From: Nitrososphaeraceae archaeon
Lineage (GTDB): Archaea; Thermoproteota; Nitrososphaeria; Nitrososphaerales; Nitrososphaeraceae
Length of the DNA: 64,000 bases
NCBI GenBank assembly: GCA_044870765.1
Contig: JBIOZG010000002.1
Coordinates: forward strand, 1-64,000
Direction of reading: 5' to 3'
Below the pieces are notes generated by a model that had not been told where the DNA came from, searched no databases, and saw only the letters and a list, made by a program, of their open reading frames with translations. This document shows positions 10,362 through 20,090 of the stretch, one piece after another (positions within the stretch are counted from its first letter, which is position 1; each line of letters starts with the position of its first letter). The translations under genes were made by a program, and so were the position numbers.

Positions 10362-13300
10362 CTAAATGAAATCGATAATTGTGTGCTGATCTTTTATGTT
10401 TTGTTTAAAAAGTAAATTTAGTTCTGTTTGTAATGTGTTAATCCTGCTTGTCAGATATTCGTTTATCTTAAATTCAGAACAGATATTCAATGCAGTCTGT
10501 ACATATTTTTCAACGGACCCCCGTGTGACAGTTTGTAGCAATACATTATGACATTCCAGACATCGACCTGCAAGTGGCATTCGTCTGTATTTTTGTCCAC
10601 ATTTGGTACACCTAAATGATTGTGATGAATAAGCCCTTAAATTTCCCATTATATCCGGTAAAATATGGGTCGTTAATACCATGGACATTACTTCATCCGC
10701 GTCTACTGCGTTGATTAGTTTGGCTGTGCTTATCTGCATCTGTAGTTTTTCTTCCATAGTGCTCAGGGTTGAATACAAACTGTGTGATTCATCTAGCATA
10801 ATATTGTCCGTAGTATGAGTGAATTTATAATCAAAGAATTGATTTGGATGACCTAATCTTTTTTTGACAAGATCAATGTTGTCAAATAGAGTGGTTTTTT
10901 CCATATTCCAAGAAGATGTATAGAAATCCAATGGGTATCTTTCATCGACATCTATGTTATGGGCCTGCCTTTGAACTTCATGTGGAAATACCAGAGGTTG
11001 AATAAGTAAAGGTGCGTCCATTAGGCCACCAATTCTATCTGGCAAATATTCCTTTGAAAAGTTTAGAAAAATATCCATTAGTAACATTATAGAATCTGCG
11101 TCACCATCACAGTCTCTTCGTTTGGCAGAATGCCAGATTGGTGAACCTAGGCATACTTGGGAATTGACGAATCCAATTACTCTTCCGATTATACCTACCG
11201 ATGTGTGCGGTGCTAAACCAATAATAAAGTGTCCAATCAAGTCGTCAATTGAATCTATTTTATAAAACGCATCAAGTCCATAGAATCTAATGAGTTCTTC
11301 ATCTACGAACTGTGCAATTTTTACCAGGTGTTCAGCAGCGTGAATTGGGATTATTACATCCTGTATGAATAATTCTAGCAGTTGATCAGTTGACTCCAAG
11401 TTATTTCCTACATGGTCTCTATGATATCCCAGATCTCTTAATTTTGTAAAATCTGTCTTAATCCATTTGGGCTTAAAATGAGTTAGAGGTTCGTTTGTAG
11501 CATCGAAGCGTATAGTTCCATCCTTAAAAGTATACAAATTGTGCTTTTGCCTTAAGATACCTTTCTCTATCGGCTCTGCACATCGATTTTTGCCCATCAG
11601 GGATTTGACGCCTTTAAGTGGCTCTACTGGTTGTATTTCCAGATGTCTTTTGGCTTTTTCAACCGCTGCTTTTAGAGGATAATTGGTAGGCGAGTGTGTT
11701 TTTAGACGATTCCCGCAAATAGGACAATGTCCACTTGACTCCTCATCATTAACTTCATACCTACAAGTTGAGCACATTATTCGAATAGGTGTTTTAGAGA
11801 GACAATCTTGACAGACAACAGATATCGATGGAGATTTACAGTTGCTGCAAAATCTGTTAGCAATTTCAATATATAGTGGTCTTTGCATCGCTTTTAAAAT
11901 ATCCCTAGTTGGTCCGCCGTTTGTCCCAATTGGGAATAAGACATGAACAGGAGGTTTCATTTTCCTTTCTGCAGCCTTTTCCGGGCGTCCAACACGAACC
12001 GCGATTGAAGAAGAAAATTTTTCTTTTATACTAACATTTAGTAATTGGGAGATGACATATAAAATATGTGTCTTGGTAGAGTTTGGATCAGTGTCCAAGA
12101 CAAAGCTTGATTCCAAGAGTTTATTGATTTTTGATCCATAATCGATACACTTTACTATCAATTCCCTGAGTATGTAGAGTTGATCAGGATCGTCTATCGT
12201 TATTCTGTTGCCCTTAAGAGAAAGCGAATGAATTATCCCAAGTTTTTCAAGAGTTTCTTTTAGTTCGGAATCACAAAGTAAAGAAGCTCTCTCATTTGTA
12301 TTTTTTATCGACTCTCCACTTTCCATCAATTTCGTTATTAAATGGTTAAATTCATCTGGAGTTAACGCAGTCCAATAAAAAACATATCCAGGATAAAGAG
12401 GTATTTCGAAAAATTGACTAATCTTAAATGCTTCAATAATTGATGGTTTCTTTTCTAATGGATATTGGACTAATTCGGTTAGCCTTTCCCTATCAAATAT
12501 TTTAAAATATGAATCAGGGTCCTTGCTGGCAAGCTTACCTTCTAATTCCAGAGCCCAAATCTCTTCAACGTATGATGAAGGAAGAAGCTGGGTATTGTTT
12601 TCAAGAAAATCGCCGTAGCTTACTAGAATATCGCCTAGGTAAAGAATTTTTGTAACCTTACTTGCTATGGTTTTTGCTTGATTTAATGTTTCTATTTTCA
12701 TAACGCTTCCATCATTGAGTTTTACTATTGGTGGCTCGATACTGTCTACTAGCGCAATAGTGGAGGCCTTTCCTGGTGCGTCAATTTTTATTTGTGTGCC
12801 TACGGCAATTGCGTAGTTTAATAATATTGGAATGGTTGGGTGTATTCCGATTGTGGCAAATCCAGTATTGCAGCATCGACCATACCGTAATCTAAAACCG
12901 CCGATCTTTTTCTGCATTGAAAGAACAGGTCTTCCAGTGATGACTTCAGTCATCCTGTGGGATACAGTATCATCCTCTGCAGTTTGAATTGCTCCTTCAA
13001 GAGTTTTGAGCCACTCCCATCCTTCCAGTTTCAGGGTCTCTACAATCTTCAATAATTTTCTGCTTCTACCTATCAAGCCATCATTCATTACCCTTAATGC
13101 ACCTCCACGAACTCTGTTGGTAGAAACCCTTTGAAGATTCCGATGGCCCACGACTTCTACAGGATCCGTGTCAACACCATCAATTTCTACGGGAAGAGAA
13201 CTTACGCAATGGATGACATCCTTGTCTGAAACCTTAAACTGGAAACTTCCTACTTCTCTTTCATAAATCCTTAATTCTTCAACGTATCTACTAATTTCAT

Positions 13301-13859
13301 CGTCAAATGAATTTGCAATGTACTTGTCTAATCCTACAATTCTTCTGACGTGATCAGCTATCAGCATAGTTACGGCAGCTTCGGTTCCACCTGCGGATCT
13401 TATTGGACCAGCAAAAGAAACTGATAAATATTCAGATTTATTGGCATTTGTTTTTATTTTAACATCGTAGATTCCTTGTAGAGGAGCTACAGTAACACCT
13501 TCAGTTACAACGGATAGTCCGACTCTTACCGCATTGTTTAGTCTTTCTTCAATAGTGATTCCTCCGTATTTTCCAAGTACAATTTCCTCGGCTATCTTTA
13601 ATGCGGTTAATTCTTTTCCCAGTTCTGGCAGCAGTATTCTTAATCTACTGGAAATATCAATTTCGTGTATCTTTGCTATCCTGTCAGGTAAGTCATAACC
13701 TATCGGTGATTCAACTTTATCAGAAATATCGAGACCCTTTTTTTTAGCTTCTTGGGCTACAGAAACGGCGTCTTCAATATATTTTGAAATTTTTTGGTGA
13801 TATTTTATATAATATGATGGAATTTGAGTGTCCTGGTTATCTTTAGTATGATTAGTCAA
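10362..13859 (-). CDS. polC: DNA polymerase D large subunit DP2
   Basis: AGPIRSAGGT, GGFRLRYGR, HSAKRRDCDGDAD catalytic motif, GGLMDAPL, C-terminal Zn finger; no intein evident. Confidence 0.98.
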   Translation of the reverse strand: MTNHTKDNQDTQIPSYYIKYHQKISKYIEDAVSVAQEAKKKGLDISDKVESPIGYDLPDRIAKIHEIDISSRLRILLPELGKELTALKIAEEIVLGKYGGITIEERLNNAVRVGLSVVTEGVTVAPLQGIYDVKIKTNANKSEYLSVSFAGPIRSAGGTEAAVTMLIADHVRRIVGLDKYIANSFDDEISRYVEELRIYEREVGSFQFKVSDKDVIHCVSSLPVEIDGVDTDPVEVVGHRNLQRVSTNRVRGGALRVMNDGLIGRSRKLLKIVETLKLEGWEWLKTLEGAIQTAEDDTVSHRMTEVITGRPVLSMQKKIGGFRLRYGRCCNTGFATIGIHPTIPILLNYAIAVGTQIKIDAPGKASTIALVDSIEPPIVKLNDGSVMKIETLNQAKTIASKVTKILYLGDILVSYGDFLENNTQLLPSSYVEEIWALELEGKLASKDPDSYFKIFDRERLTELVQYPLEKKPSIIEAFKISQFFEIPLYPGYVFYWTALTPDEFNHLITKLMESGESIKNTNERASLLCDSELKETLEKLGIIHSLSLKGNRITIDDPDQLYILRELIVKCIDYGSKINKLLESSFVLDTDPNSTKTHILYVISQLLNVSIKEKFSSSIAVRVGRPEKAAERKMKPPVHVLFPIGTNGGPTRDILKAMQRPLYIEIANRFCSNCKSPSISVVCQDCLSKTPIRIMCSTCRYEVNDEESSGHCPICGNRLKTHSPTNYPLKAAVEKAKRHLEIQPVEPLKGVKSLMGKNRCAEPIEKGILRQKHNLYTFKDGTIRFDATNEPLTHFKPKWIKTDFTKLRDLGYHRDHVGNNLESTDQLLELFIQDVIIPIHAAEHLVKIAQFVDEELIRFYGLDAFYKIDSIDDLIGHFIIGLAPHTSVGIIGRVIGFVNSQVCLGSPIWHSAKRRDCDGDADSIMLLMDIFLNFSKEYLPDRIGGLMDAPLLIQPLVFPHEVQRQAHNIDVDERYPLDFYTSSWNMEKTTLFDNIDLVKKRLGHPNQFFDYKFTHTTDNIMLDESHSLYSTLSTMEEKLQMQISTAKLINAVDADEVMSMVLTTHILPDIMGNLRAYSSQSFRCTKCGQKYRRMPLAGRCLECHNVLLQTVTRGSVEKYVQTALNICSEFKINEYLTSRINTLQTELNLLFKQNIKDQHTIIDFI

Positions 13860-14602
13860 TTTCTTAATGTTTTGATGATGTTAGCAAATTCTGACTCCCA
13901 GTCTTTTTCTCTTTCAATCATAGTACCAATAACTATGATGTCTGCCCCCGCATCAGATATTTTTTTTGCCGTTTCCGCAGAATTAATCCCACCACCAACT
14001 ATCAATATTCCTTTATAGAATTTTTTTACGGTGCTTACCATTTCTGGTGGAATATTTTGTGATGCGCCGGATCCAGCTTCAAGATATAGAAATCGCATGC
14101 CCATATACAGAGCAGCCAGAGCGTACATTACTGCAATATTTGATTTGTTAAATGGGATGGACTTGGCTTGACCTATGAACCAGGCAGTAGACCCATCTCC
14201 AATTATGAGATAGCCGGTCGGAATGGCTTCTATATGATATTTATTTACAACTAAGGCTCCTTGCGCTTGGGCGCCTGTGATATAATATGGATTTTCGGAG
14301 TTTAGTAATGAGCTGAATAAAATTGCGTCCGCCGCTGGTGATATTCCTGTGATATTTCCTGGAAATAAAATAACAGGAATCTTGACATTCTTCTTTAATT
14401 CCGTCACAAAACTAGACAATTCAATTTGATCTGAAGTTGATGAGCCACCAACTAAAATTGCTGAAGCTCCTAGCTGTTCCAATTTTTTTGCTAGCTCTAT
14501 AGTCTTCGAGGAGTTTTCAGAGTCTATAAGTGGAAAACATAAAGTCTTTTGTCTCTTGATTTCATTCAAAATGTATTGTTCTGTGCTTTGTATTTCCATC
14601 AT
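13856..14602 (-). CDS. Geranylgeranylglyceryl phosphate synthase (GGGPS)
   Basis: ILVGGS, PVILFPG, LLNS, YLEAGSGA, VGGGI, GADIIVIGT. Confidence 0.95.
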   Translation of the reverse strand: MMEIQSTEQYILNEIKRQKTLCFPLIDSENSSKTIELAKKLEQLGASAILVGGSSTSDQIELSSFVTELKKNVKIPVILFPGNITGISPAADAILFSSLLNSENPYYITGAQAQGALVVNKYHIEAIPTGYLIIGDGSTAWFIGQAKSIPFNKSNIAVMYALAALYMGMRFLYLEAGSGASQNIPPEMVSTVKKFYKGILIVGGGINSAETAKKISDAGADIIVIGTMIEREKDWESEFANIIKTLRN

Positions 14603-14732
14603 TTCTCAAACTATTTACTCGTATAATAATAATCTCATCAGAGAATGTAGACAAGTCTTATACTCAACAGATATGACTCAAGGAATACAGTAAAATAAAT
14701 TAATTAGAGTACTATACAAATTAGTATAGTAT

Positions 14733-15101
14733 ATGGAAAACGACAATCTTAATTATACCTCAATTTTCAATCATTTTATTGAAAATTCTATATTTACAAA
14801 GAAACAAACATCAATTATTTATAATAAAATACTGCATGAAAAACGTGCCGGAAACATCTCTGCAGGTGCGTATTATCGACAATTAGGCCAGTGTAGAAAC
14901 AAGGTAAAAAGGACTGTTTACACACTATTGCTATTGCGACTGCTTAATGTGGTAGATGTGGAAACCTTTGCGATACTGAATCAATTGAACGACCAATTGA
15001 ATGTGATATTAAATAAACCTAGTCACGAAATTGATAACTCTACATTAAGTAATGTGATATCCTTGATGGATAATGTGATAAGAAAACTAGTTTTAATATA
15101 G
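14733..15101 (+). CDS. Hypothetical protein, HTH-like
   Basis: 122 aa ORF; FTKKQ...ISAGAYYRQLGQCRNKV resembles a LuxR/Tfx-type HTH. Confidence 0.65.
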   Translation: MENDNLNYTSIFNHFIENSIFTKKQTSIIYNKILHEKRAGNISAGAYYRQLGQCRNKVKRTVYTLLLLRLLNVVDVETFAILNQLNDQLNVILNKPSHEIDNSTLSNVISLMDNVIRKLVLI

Positions 15102-15143
15102 AAAAAATTTAATAAATGTCCATGTTTAATCACATGATATCAC

Positions 15144-15779
15144 ATGAATATATTGGGCTTCAATTTGGATTATTCATTATCCGATACTTTGATTTCAATG
15201 ATATTTTTAGTATTGTCCTTTTTCACCTTTTTGTATATTGGTTATTTCAGAGATATCAAAAGCCGGGATGAACGAGATTATAAGATGAAAGATATGTTGA
15301 TAGAGGGATATTTACACAAGTTCGATGAATATAACGAGATTATTTCCGAACTACGAAGTAAATTGGATGTGATTGATCAGAAGATCAATTCTGAAAAATA
15401 CATAATTAAGAAAAACGAACTTGCGGCAACTAACAAGTCTAGTGATACGGCCAATGATAGGTCACATAAAGCGATATCACATAATAGCATACCTGTGACT
15501 AAGAATTTGAATGTCACAGGAGAGGATATAGCATCTGAAGAGGAAGATTCCTCACGGGCGAATACAGTGGATTCGATTCTAAGGATGTTGGAAGTACCGT
15601 TAACTTCCAGAGAGATTCAAAGAAAAATTAACAAATCGCGTGAACATACCTCCAGATTGCTCAAAAGATTGTATTCGGAAAATATTGTCATGAGAGATGA
15701 GAGTGTCAGGCCTTACAAATATAAAATCACAGATGAAGGTCGTAGACTGTTGGAACAGGCAACAATTTCGGATGGTTAG
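15144..15779 (+). CDS. Membrane-anchored winged-helix (MarR-like) protein
   Basis: N-terminal TM (LISMIFLVLSFFTFLYIGYF), coiled coil, polar linker, C-terminal LTSREIQRKINKSREHTSRLLKRLYSENIV...YKITDEG. Confidence 0.8.
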   Translation: MNILGFNLDYSLSDTLISMIFLVLSFFTFLYIGYFRDIKSRDERDYKMKDMLIEGYLHKFDEYNEIISELRSKLDVIDQKINSEKYIIKKNELAATNKSSDTANDRSHKAISHNSIPVTKNLNVTGEDIASEEEDSSRANTVDSILRMLEVPLTSREIQRKINKSREHTSRLLKRLYSENIVMRDESVRPYKYKITDEGRRLLEQATISDG

Positions 15780-16248
15780 ATTTTTCTAAATATTCGCCAA
15801 TGTTGTTTTGGCTTTCTTTAACAACGGCATAAACCCATTGTTTGCCATTTTTTGATCTCGTAAGCTGTTTTTTCAGATAAAATCGTGACAAGTAGATAGA
15901 GGCGACACTTAGTTGGATAGAATCATAGTACATATCCTTGTAAATTTTTGCTAGATCAGAAGAGGTAAAGGTGTGATATCTAAAGTTCTCAGCAATCAAA
16001 TTCCATAACTTTGAGGCTAATTTTGTCTCGCCTTCTCTATGCTCTGAACTGGTATTAATAGAATTTTTTTCGAAGAGATGCACAAATTCAATTAGATTCA
16101 TTATCTTTTCTTTTGATAAAGTCCCTTGGAGAGTCAAGTTGTATTTTTCCCCATTTTCATCCTCCAGTTCGATTCTAATCTTTTTTCTTGAGACGGACAG
16201 AATGGGATTTGAAATCACATCACACTTAACATTTAAAGTGATTAACAA
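15727..16248 (-). CDS. Hypothetical winged-helix protein
   Basis: FTSSDLAKIY...LSVASIYLSRF...LTRSKNGKQWVY wHTH pattern; start uncertain. Confidence 0.7.
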   Translation of the reverse strand: MLITLNVKCDVISNPILSVSRKKIRIELEDENGEKYNLTLQGTLSKEKIMNLIEFVHLFEKNSINTSSEHREGETKLASKLWNLIAENFRYHTFTSSDLAKIYKDMYYDSIQLSVASIYLSRFYLKKQLTRSKNGKQWVYAVVKESQNNIGEYLEKSNHPKLLPVPTVYDLHL

Positions 16249-16320
16249 GCTAACAAAGAGCTCAGCTTTTGTTAACTAATTATCACGCAGTATTCGATCA
16301 TCATCATTGATGCAATTGTA

Positions 16321-16670
16321 GTTATCAATTTTGTGATAACCTTTATCAAATATTTTCCAGTAGAAATAAAGGGGTCATGTTGCTGTCTTTACATTGTAGA
16401 TATCTGTTAATCAGTCTGCATTGGAAATAAAGGGGTCATATCATGGAGTTTTTTCTACTTTTGAATTAACGAACATTAACAGTAATTAAGGCAGTTACTC
16501 CACCCCTGCATTTCTCATTGAAATTTTATTTGTCTCTCAACAAATAATAGAAATGATCAGAATTAACAAATAAATAAAAGAAAATTGATTTAGGCGTTTT
16601 TATTTTATATACATACCACTTACTAAATGAGTTTATTGTATTGAGATACAGGAGAAAAAGAGGGGTGCCG
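16321..16670. other. Replication origin oriC with ORB elements
   Basis: ORB-like TTCCAGTAGAAATAAAGGGGT (16355-16375, +), CTGCATTGGAAATAAAGGGGT (16416-16436, +), TTCAATGAGAAATGCAGGGGT (16502-16522, -), TACAGGAGAAAAAGAGGGGT (16647-16666, +); AT-rich spacers; directly upstream of cdc6. Confidence 0.88.
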
Positions 16671-16683
16671 GAGGCGTCTGTAA

Positions 16684-17916
16684 TTGGATGATGATGATGA
16701 TATATTAGATACTATTTTCGATAGCGCAATTAAGAATAAGAATATTATAAAAAACAGGCAAGTCCTGACTATAGATTATGTTCCTGATAAGCTATTATTC
16801 CGAACTAAGGAAAGCACTGCAATCGCACAATCCCTGTCTGTCATACTTAAAAAAGGGCGTCCGTCTAATTTGTTGATTTTTGGAAAACCTGGAACAGGAA
16901 AGACAGCTGTAGTAAAAAACGTTATTGACCACCTTTATAACAAGACCAAGCAACTTGACATTAACCTCCAAGTGCCATTTATTAACGCAAAGAATTCAAA
17001 CACACCGTATAAGATACTATATGAAATCGCTGAATTGCTTGGCATAAATAAAGAAGAAAAAAAAATGCAAGTTTTTTTTACAGGCCTGTCCATGAGCGAA
17101 GCCACTGACAGAATACTTGACTTCATAAAACGCAAGTCGATCAAGATTGTCCTTGTCATAGATGAAATAGATTCACTTGTCAATAAAAAAGGCGACGATA
17201 TTTTATATAACTTTACAAGAGCTAATGAAAGAATTTCTTCAGAACAATTCATTAGCTTGATTGGTATTTCGAATAGCTTAACTTTTAAGGATAAACTAGA
17301 CCCAAGAGTCAAGAGTAGTTTAAGCGAAGAAGAACTGGTTTTCAACCCATACACAATAGAACAATTAAAACAAATTTTAATTGACAGATGCAAACTTGCA
17401 TTATATGACAACGTCATTCCTAGTGGCGTTATCAATTTATGTGCTGCAATCGCCGGTAGAGAAACAGGCGATGCTCGAAAGGCCATTGACCTTTTGAGAG
17501 TTGCTGCTGAAATTGCAGAAAGATCAATGACAATGAAAATTTCAGAAGAACACATAAGACACGCGCAAAAGAAAATTGACAGCGACACCAACTTTGAGAT
17601 TTTGAGCAACTCAACTCTCCATACCAAATTGGTAATTCTTTCTACAATAAGATCTAAAAATGCAAGTACTGGAGAAATTTATTCAATCTATCAAAATTTT
17701 TGCTCAAGACTTCAACAGGAGCCATTAACTCAGAGGAGGATGACCCAAATTGTTGGAGAGTTGGATCAACTAGGATTGATAACGACCAATATTGTGAACC
17801 AGGGCCGGTACGGCAGGACCCAAAGAATAAAATTGCATATCCCCATTTCGTCTGTAAAGGAAGCTATTAGAAGTGATCCAATTCTGTCGCCTCTAATTCA
17901 TGACATTAATAATTGA
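16684..17916 (+). CDS. cdc6: Orc1/Cdc6 replication initiator
   Basis: GKPGTGKT Walker A, VIDEID Walker B, LDPRVKSSL, GDARKAIDLL, C-terminal wHTH with GRYGRT; TTG start. Confidence 0.97.
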   Translation: MDDDDDILDTIFDSAIKNKNIIKNRQVLTIDYVPDKLLFRTKESTAIAQSLSVILKKGRPSNLLIFGKPGTGKTAVVKNVIDHLYNKTKQLDINLQVPFINAKNSNTPYKILYEIAELLGINKEEKKMQVFFTGLSMSEATDRILDFIKRKSIKIVLVIDEIDSLVNKKGDDILYNFTRANERISSEQFISLIGISNSLTFKDKLDPRVKSSLSEEELVFNPYTIEQLKQILIDRCKLALYDNVIPSGVINLCAAIAGRETGDARKAIDLLRVAAEIAERSMTMKISEEHIRHAQKKIDSDTNFEILSNSTLHTKLVILSTIRSKNASTGEIYSIYQNFCSRLQQEPLTQRRMTQIVGELDQLGLITTNIVNQGRYGRTQRIKLHIPISSVKEAIRSDPILSPLIHDINN

Positions 17917-19426
17917 AATCTTTTTTAAGAGATTGAAGGGTTGCCAAATTGACTAATATACAAATCCCAGGAGTCGGCGTGATACCCATTGTTTGTTGAA
18001 ATTTTGTCTGTTTTTGCCATGCTCCAGAATTTACCATAAGCGTTCCCTTGTATCTCCCAACTTCGGTGATATGTACATGCCCGGCATGGAATATGTCAGG
18101 AACGTCATCTATCACCAACATGTCCTCGGACTCTGGAGCAATTGGAGTACGGTTGCCATATATTGGTGACAAATGTCTAGATTTCAATAAAATTTTCATT
18201 GCTTCCACAGGTTTTGAATAACTCAATCCTGGGACTGTAGCAATAACATCATCCAAACTCTGGCCATGGAACATCAACAACTTGACTTTGTTTAATTCAA
18301 CATATGAGGGGTTACCTAAAATACTAAAGTTTTCCAATGGTTGAAAATCACGCAAGTTTGTCAACGCAGTCTGCGGTAAGGCTCTTCTTCCAGGATCATG
18401 ATTACCCGGAATCAAAAACACATGCATCCTTTTGGGAATTTTTTGGAGTAGAGCCGCCGCATAAGACATTTGCTTGTTAATATTTATGTCGATTAGTTCT
18501 TTATCCTGATTAGGATAAATTCCTATTCCATCCACTATATCTCCTGCTATACAAACAAATTTGATTTTTCGTACAATTTCATCGTCATCTGAGGATAGCC
18601 AATTTACAAAGTCATTGAATTCACTCTCCATGAAATATTTGCTACCTACATGTAAATCTGAAATAAGGGCAACATACGACTCTGTTCCAGATTTTGACGC
18701 AACATGTTCTGGAATGTCGGGAAAAATAATATCTTTAATTACAAAATCAGTTGAATTCCTTTTACCAAGTGAAATTTCCAACATAAGCATTTGATCCAGG
18801 ACAAGCGTTGATGATTCATTGATAAGCTCCCTAGTTTTACATATCACGGGAATACTGCCAGTAGTATCATCAATGATCAGCTCTACATCATTTTTTCTAT
18901 TTCTCTTTGACATAACCAATCCAGCCACGAATGCAGAATCAAATGCTCTTCCCCTTTCATCCTCGCTCTCTGGAGAAGTGTACCTGGATTTATTCCTAAG
19001 ATCCTTAATTTGTTTTATTTTTCTTATTTGCCTACTTTCCGAACGTATTGATAAAATTTTCAAAGTTTTTCTGTATCGGCTATCAAATAATTTAACAAAA
19101 TCCTTGTCGTCTTGTGCGTTTATCTTATACGTAGGGTCAAAAATGATCTTGTAATTTTCGCCATTACTTTCTGAGTTAGTGTTAGCTATGACCCGTTCGT
19201 CGATATGATCGATATGATCATTATTGTCATTATCCCCAGAAATTGCACTTTTAATATCATCGATTAATATTGGTGACTTTTTTTTGAATTTATTTTTAGC
19301 ATCAACTATACTTTTGATTATTTTTTCAACATCACAATCAAGAGATTTTAGAAAGGCGAAGGCATCAGGATGAACTTGATATCCCTTATTTATCGCATAA
19401 ATCAATGCAATAGAAACTGAATCCAA
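17906..19426 (-). CDS. polB: DNA polymerase D small subunit DP1 (proofreading exonuclease)
   Basis: OB fold, SDLHVGS, GDIVDGIGIYPNQ, PGNHD, HLSP, GHVH, NSGAWQ. Confidence 0.97.
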   Translation of the reverse strand: MDSVSIALIYAINKGYQVHPDAFAFLKSLDCDVEKIIKSIVDAKNKFKKKSPILIDDIKSAISGDNDNNDHIDHIDERVIANTNSESNGENYKIIFDPTYKINAQDDKDFVKLFDSRYRKTLKILSIRSESRQIRKIKQIKDLRNKSRYTSPESEDERGRAFDSAFVAGLVMSKRNRKNDVELIIDDTTGSIPVICKTRELINESSTLVLDQMLMLEISLGKRNSTDFVIKDIIFPDIPEHVASKSGTESYVALISDLHVGSKYFMESEFNDFVNWLSSDDDEIVRKIKFVCIAGDIVDGIGIYPNQDKELIDININKQMSYAAALLQKIPKRMHVFLIPGNHDPGRRALPQTALTNLRDFQPLENFSILGNPSYVELNKVKLLMFHGQSLDDVIATVPGLSYSKPVEAMKILLKSRHLSPIYGNRTPIAPESEDMLVIDDVPDIFHAGHVHITEVGRYKGTLMVNSGAWQKQTKFQQTMGITPTPGICILVNLATLQSLKKDFNY

Positions 19427-19508
19427 GTTTTGTTATTGAACAGAACAATCATAAACGCTAAAAAGGTTTTGTTTTATTACATACATTATTAAAAAGTAAA
19501 CATTGTGA

Positions 19509-20048
19509 TTGGTATACATGTACAAGTACGACTTTAGGAAGAGGCTGCTTTATCTTGGACTTGGTATTGTTACATTTTTAATCTTTTTTATTATTGGAAC
19601 GTCTGTCACTTTAGACGAATCTACTTCAACCCTTCTAAAGGAGCAATTTCAAAACAAAATCAAAAATATTGATAATGTGGGTATATTCCTCAATAACTTT
19701 CTAATTTCAATTCTAATGTTTCTCCCAGGTATCGGAATTGCATTTGGTCTCTTTTCAGGATTCAGTACAGGCAATATTTTTATGATCTTAACACGAGATT
19801 TACCAATTCAGATACCACCACTATTTGTATTTTTAACAATATTTGGAATTATGGAGCTTGTATCTTACGGCATAGCTATATCTAGAAGTTATCTACTCTT
19901 AATTCGCATTTTAAAGAGAAGCAATATTAAAGAAAGTCTTATTCATACTGGAATTGAAATAGGAATAGTAGCTATAATTTTGTTATTTGGTGCCATTATT
20001 GAATGGGATTTTATAGTACAATCTGGAGGTATAAGTTTTTTAGAATAG
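19509..20048 (+). CDS. Membrane protein, SpoIIM/DUF95-like
   Basis: IFLNN, multiple TM helices, GIMEL, GAIIE. Confidence 0.75.
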   Translation: MVYMYKYDFRKRLLYLGLGIVTFLIFFIIGTSVTLDESTSTLLKEQFQNKIKNIDNVGIFLNNFLISILMFLPGIGIAFGLFSGFSTGNIFMILTRDLPIQIPPLFVFLTIFGIMELVSYGIAISRSYLLLIRILKRSNIKESLIHTGIEIGIVAIILLFGAIIEWDFIVQSGGISFLE

Positions 20049-20090
20049 CAAAGAATAGCAAAAGACGTACATCAGGCAAACCAATGCTTC

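Larger units (their letters stand above)
15001..16337. repeat. Dispersed TGTGAY/RTCACA motif array, 15 copies
   Basis: Hand count of TGTGA/TCACA at 15002, 15053, 15074, 15130, 15140, 15368, 15462, 15477, 15494, 15514, 15727, 15972, 16215, 16220, 16332; 8 are exact ATGTGAT/ATCACAT. Confidence 0.75.

Noticed and set aside
10362-13859. Inteins in DP2 (also checked MCM, RFC-S, Cdc6)
   Set aside because: Lengths are normal and no intein splice or LAGLIDADG motifs are visible
16935-17627. Long antisense ORF inside cdc6 (and similar ones inside acs, thermosome, mcm, hydantoinase, aglH)
   Set aside because: Shadow frames of well-conserved genes with no recognisable motifs
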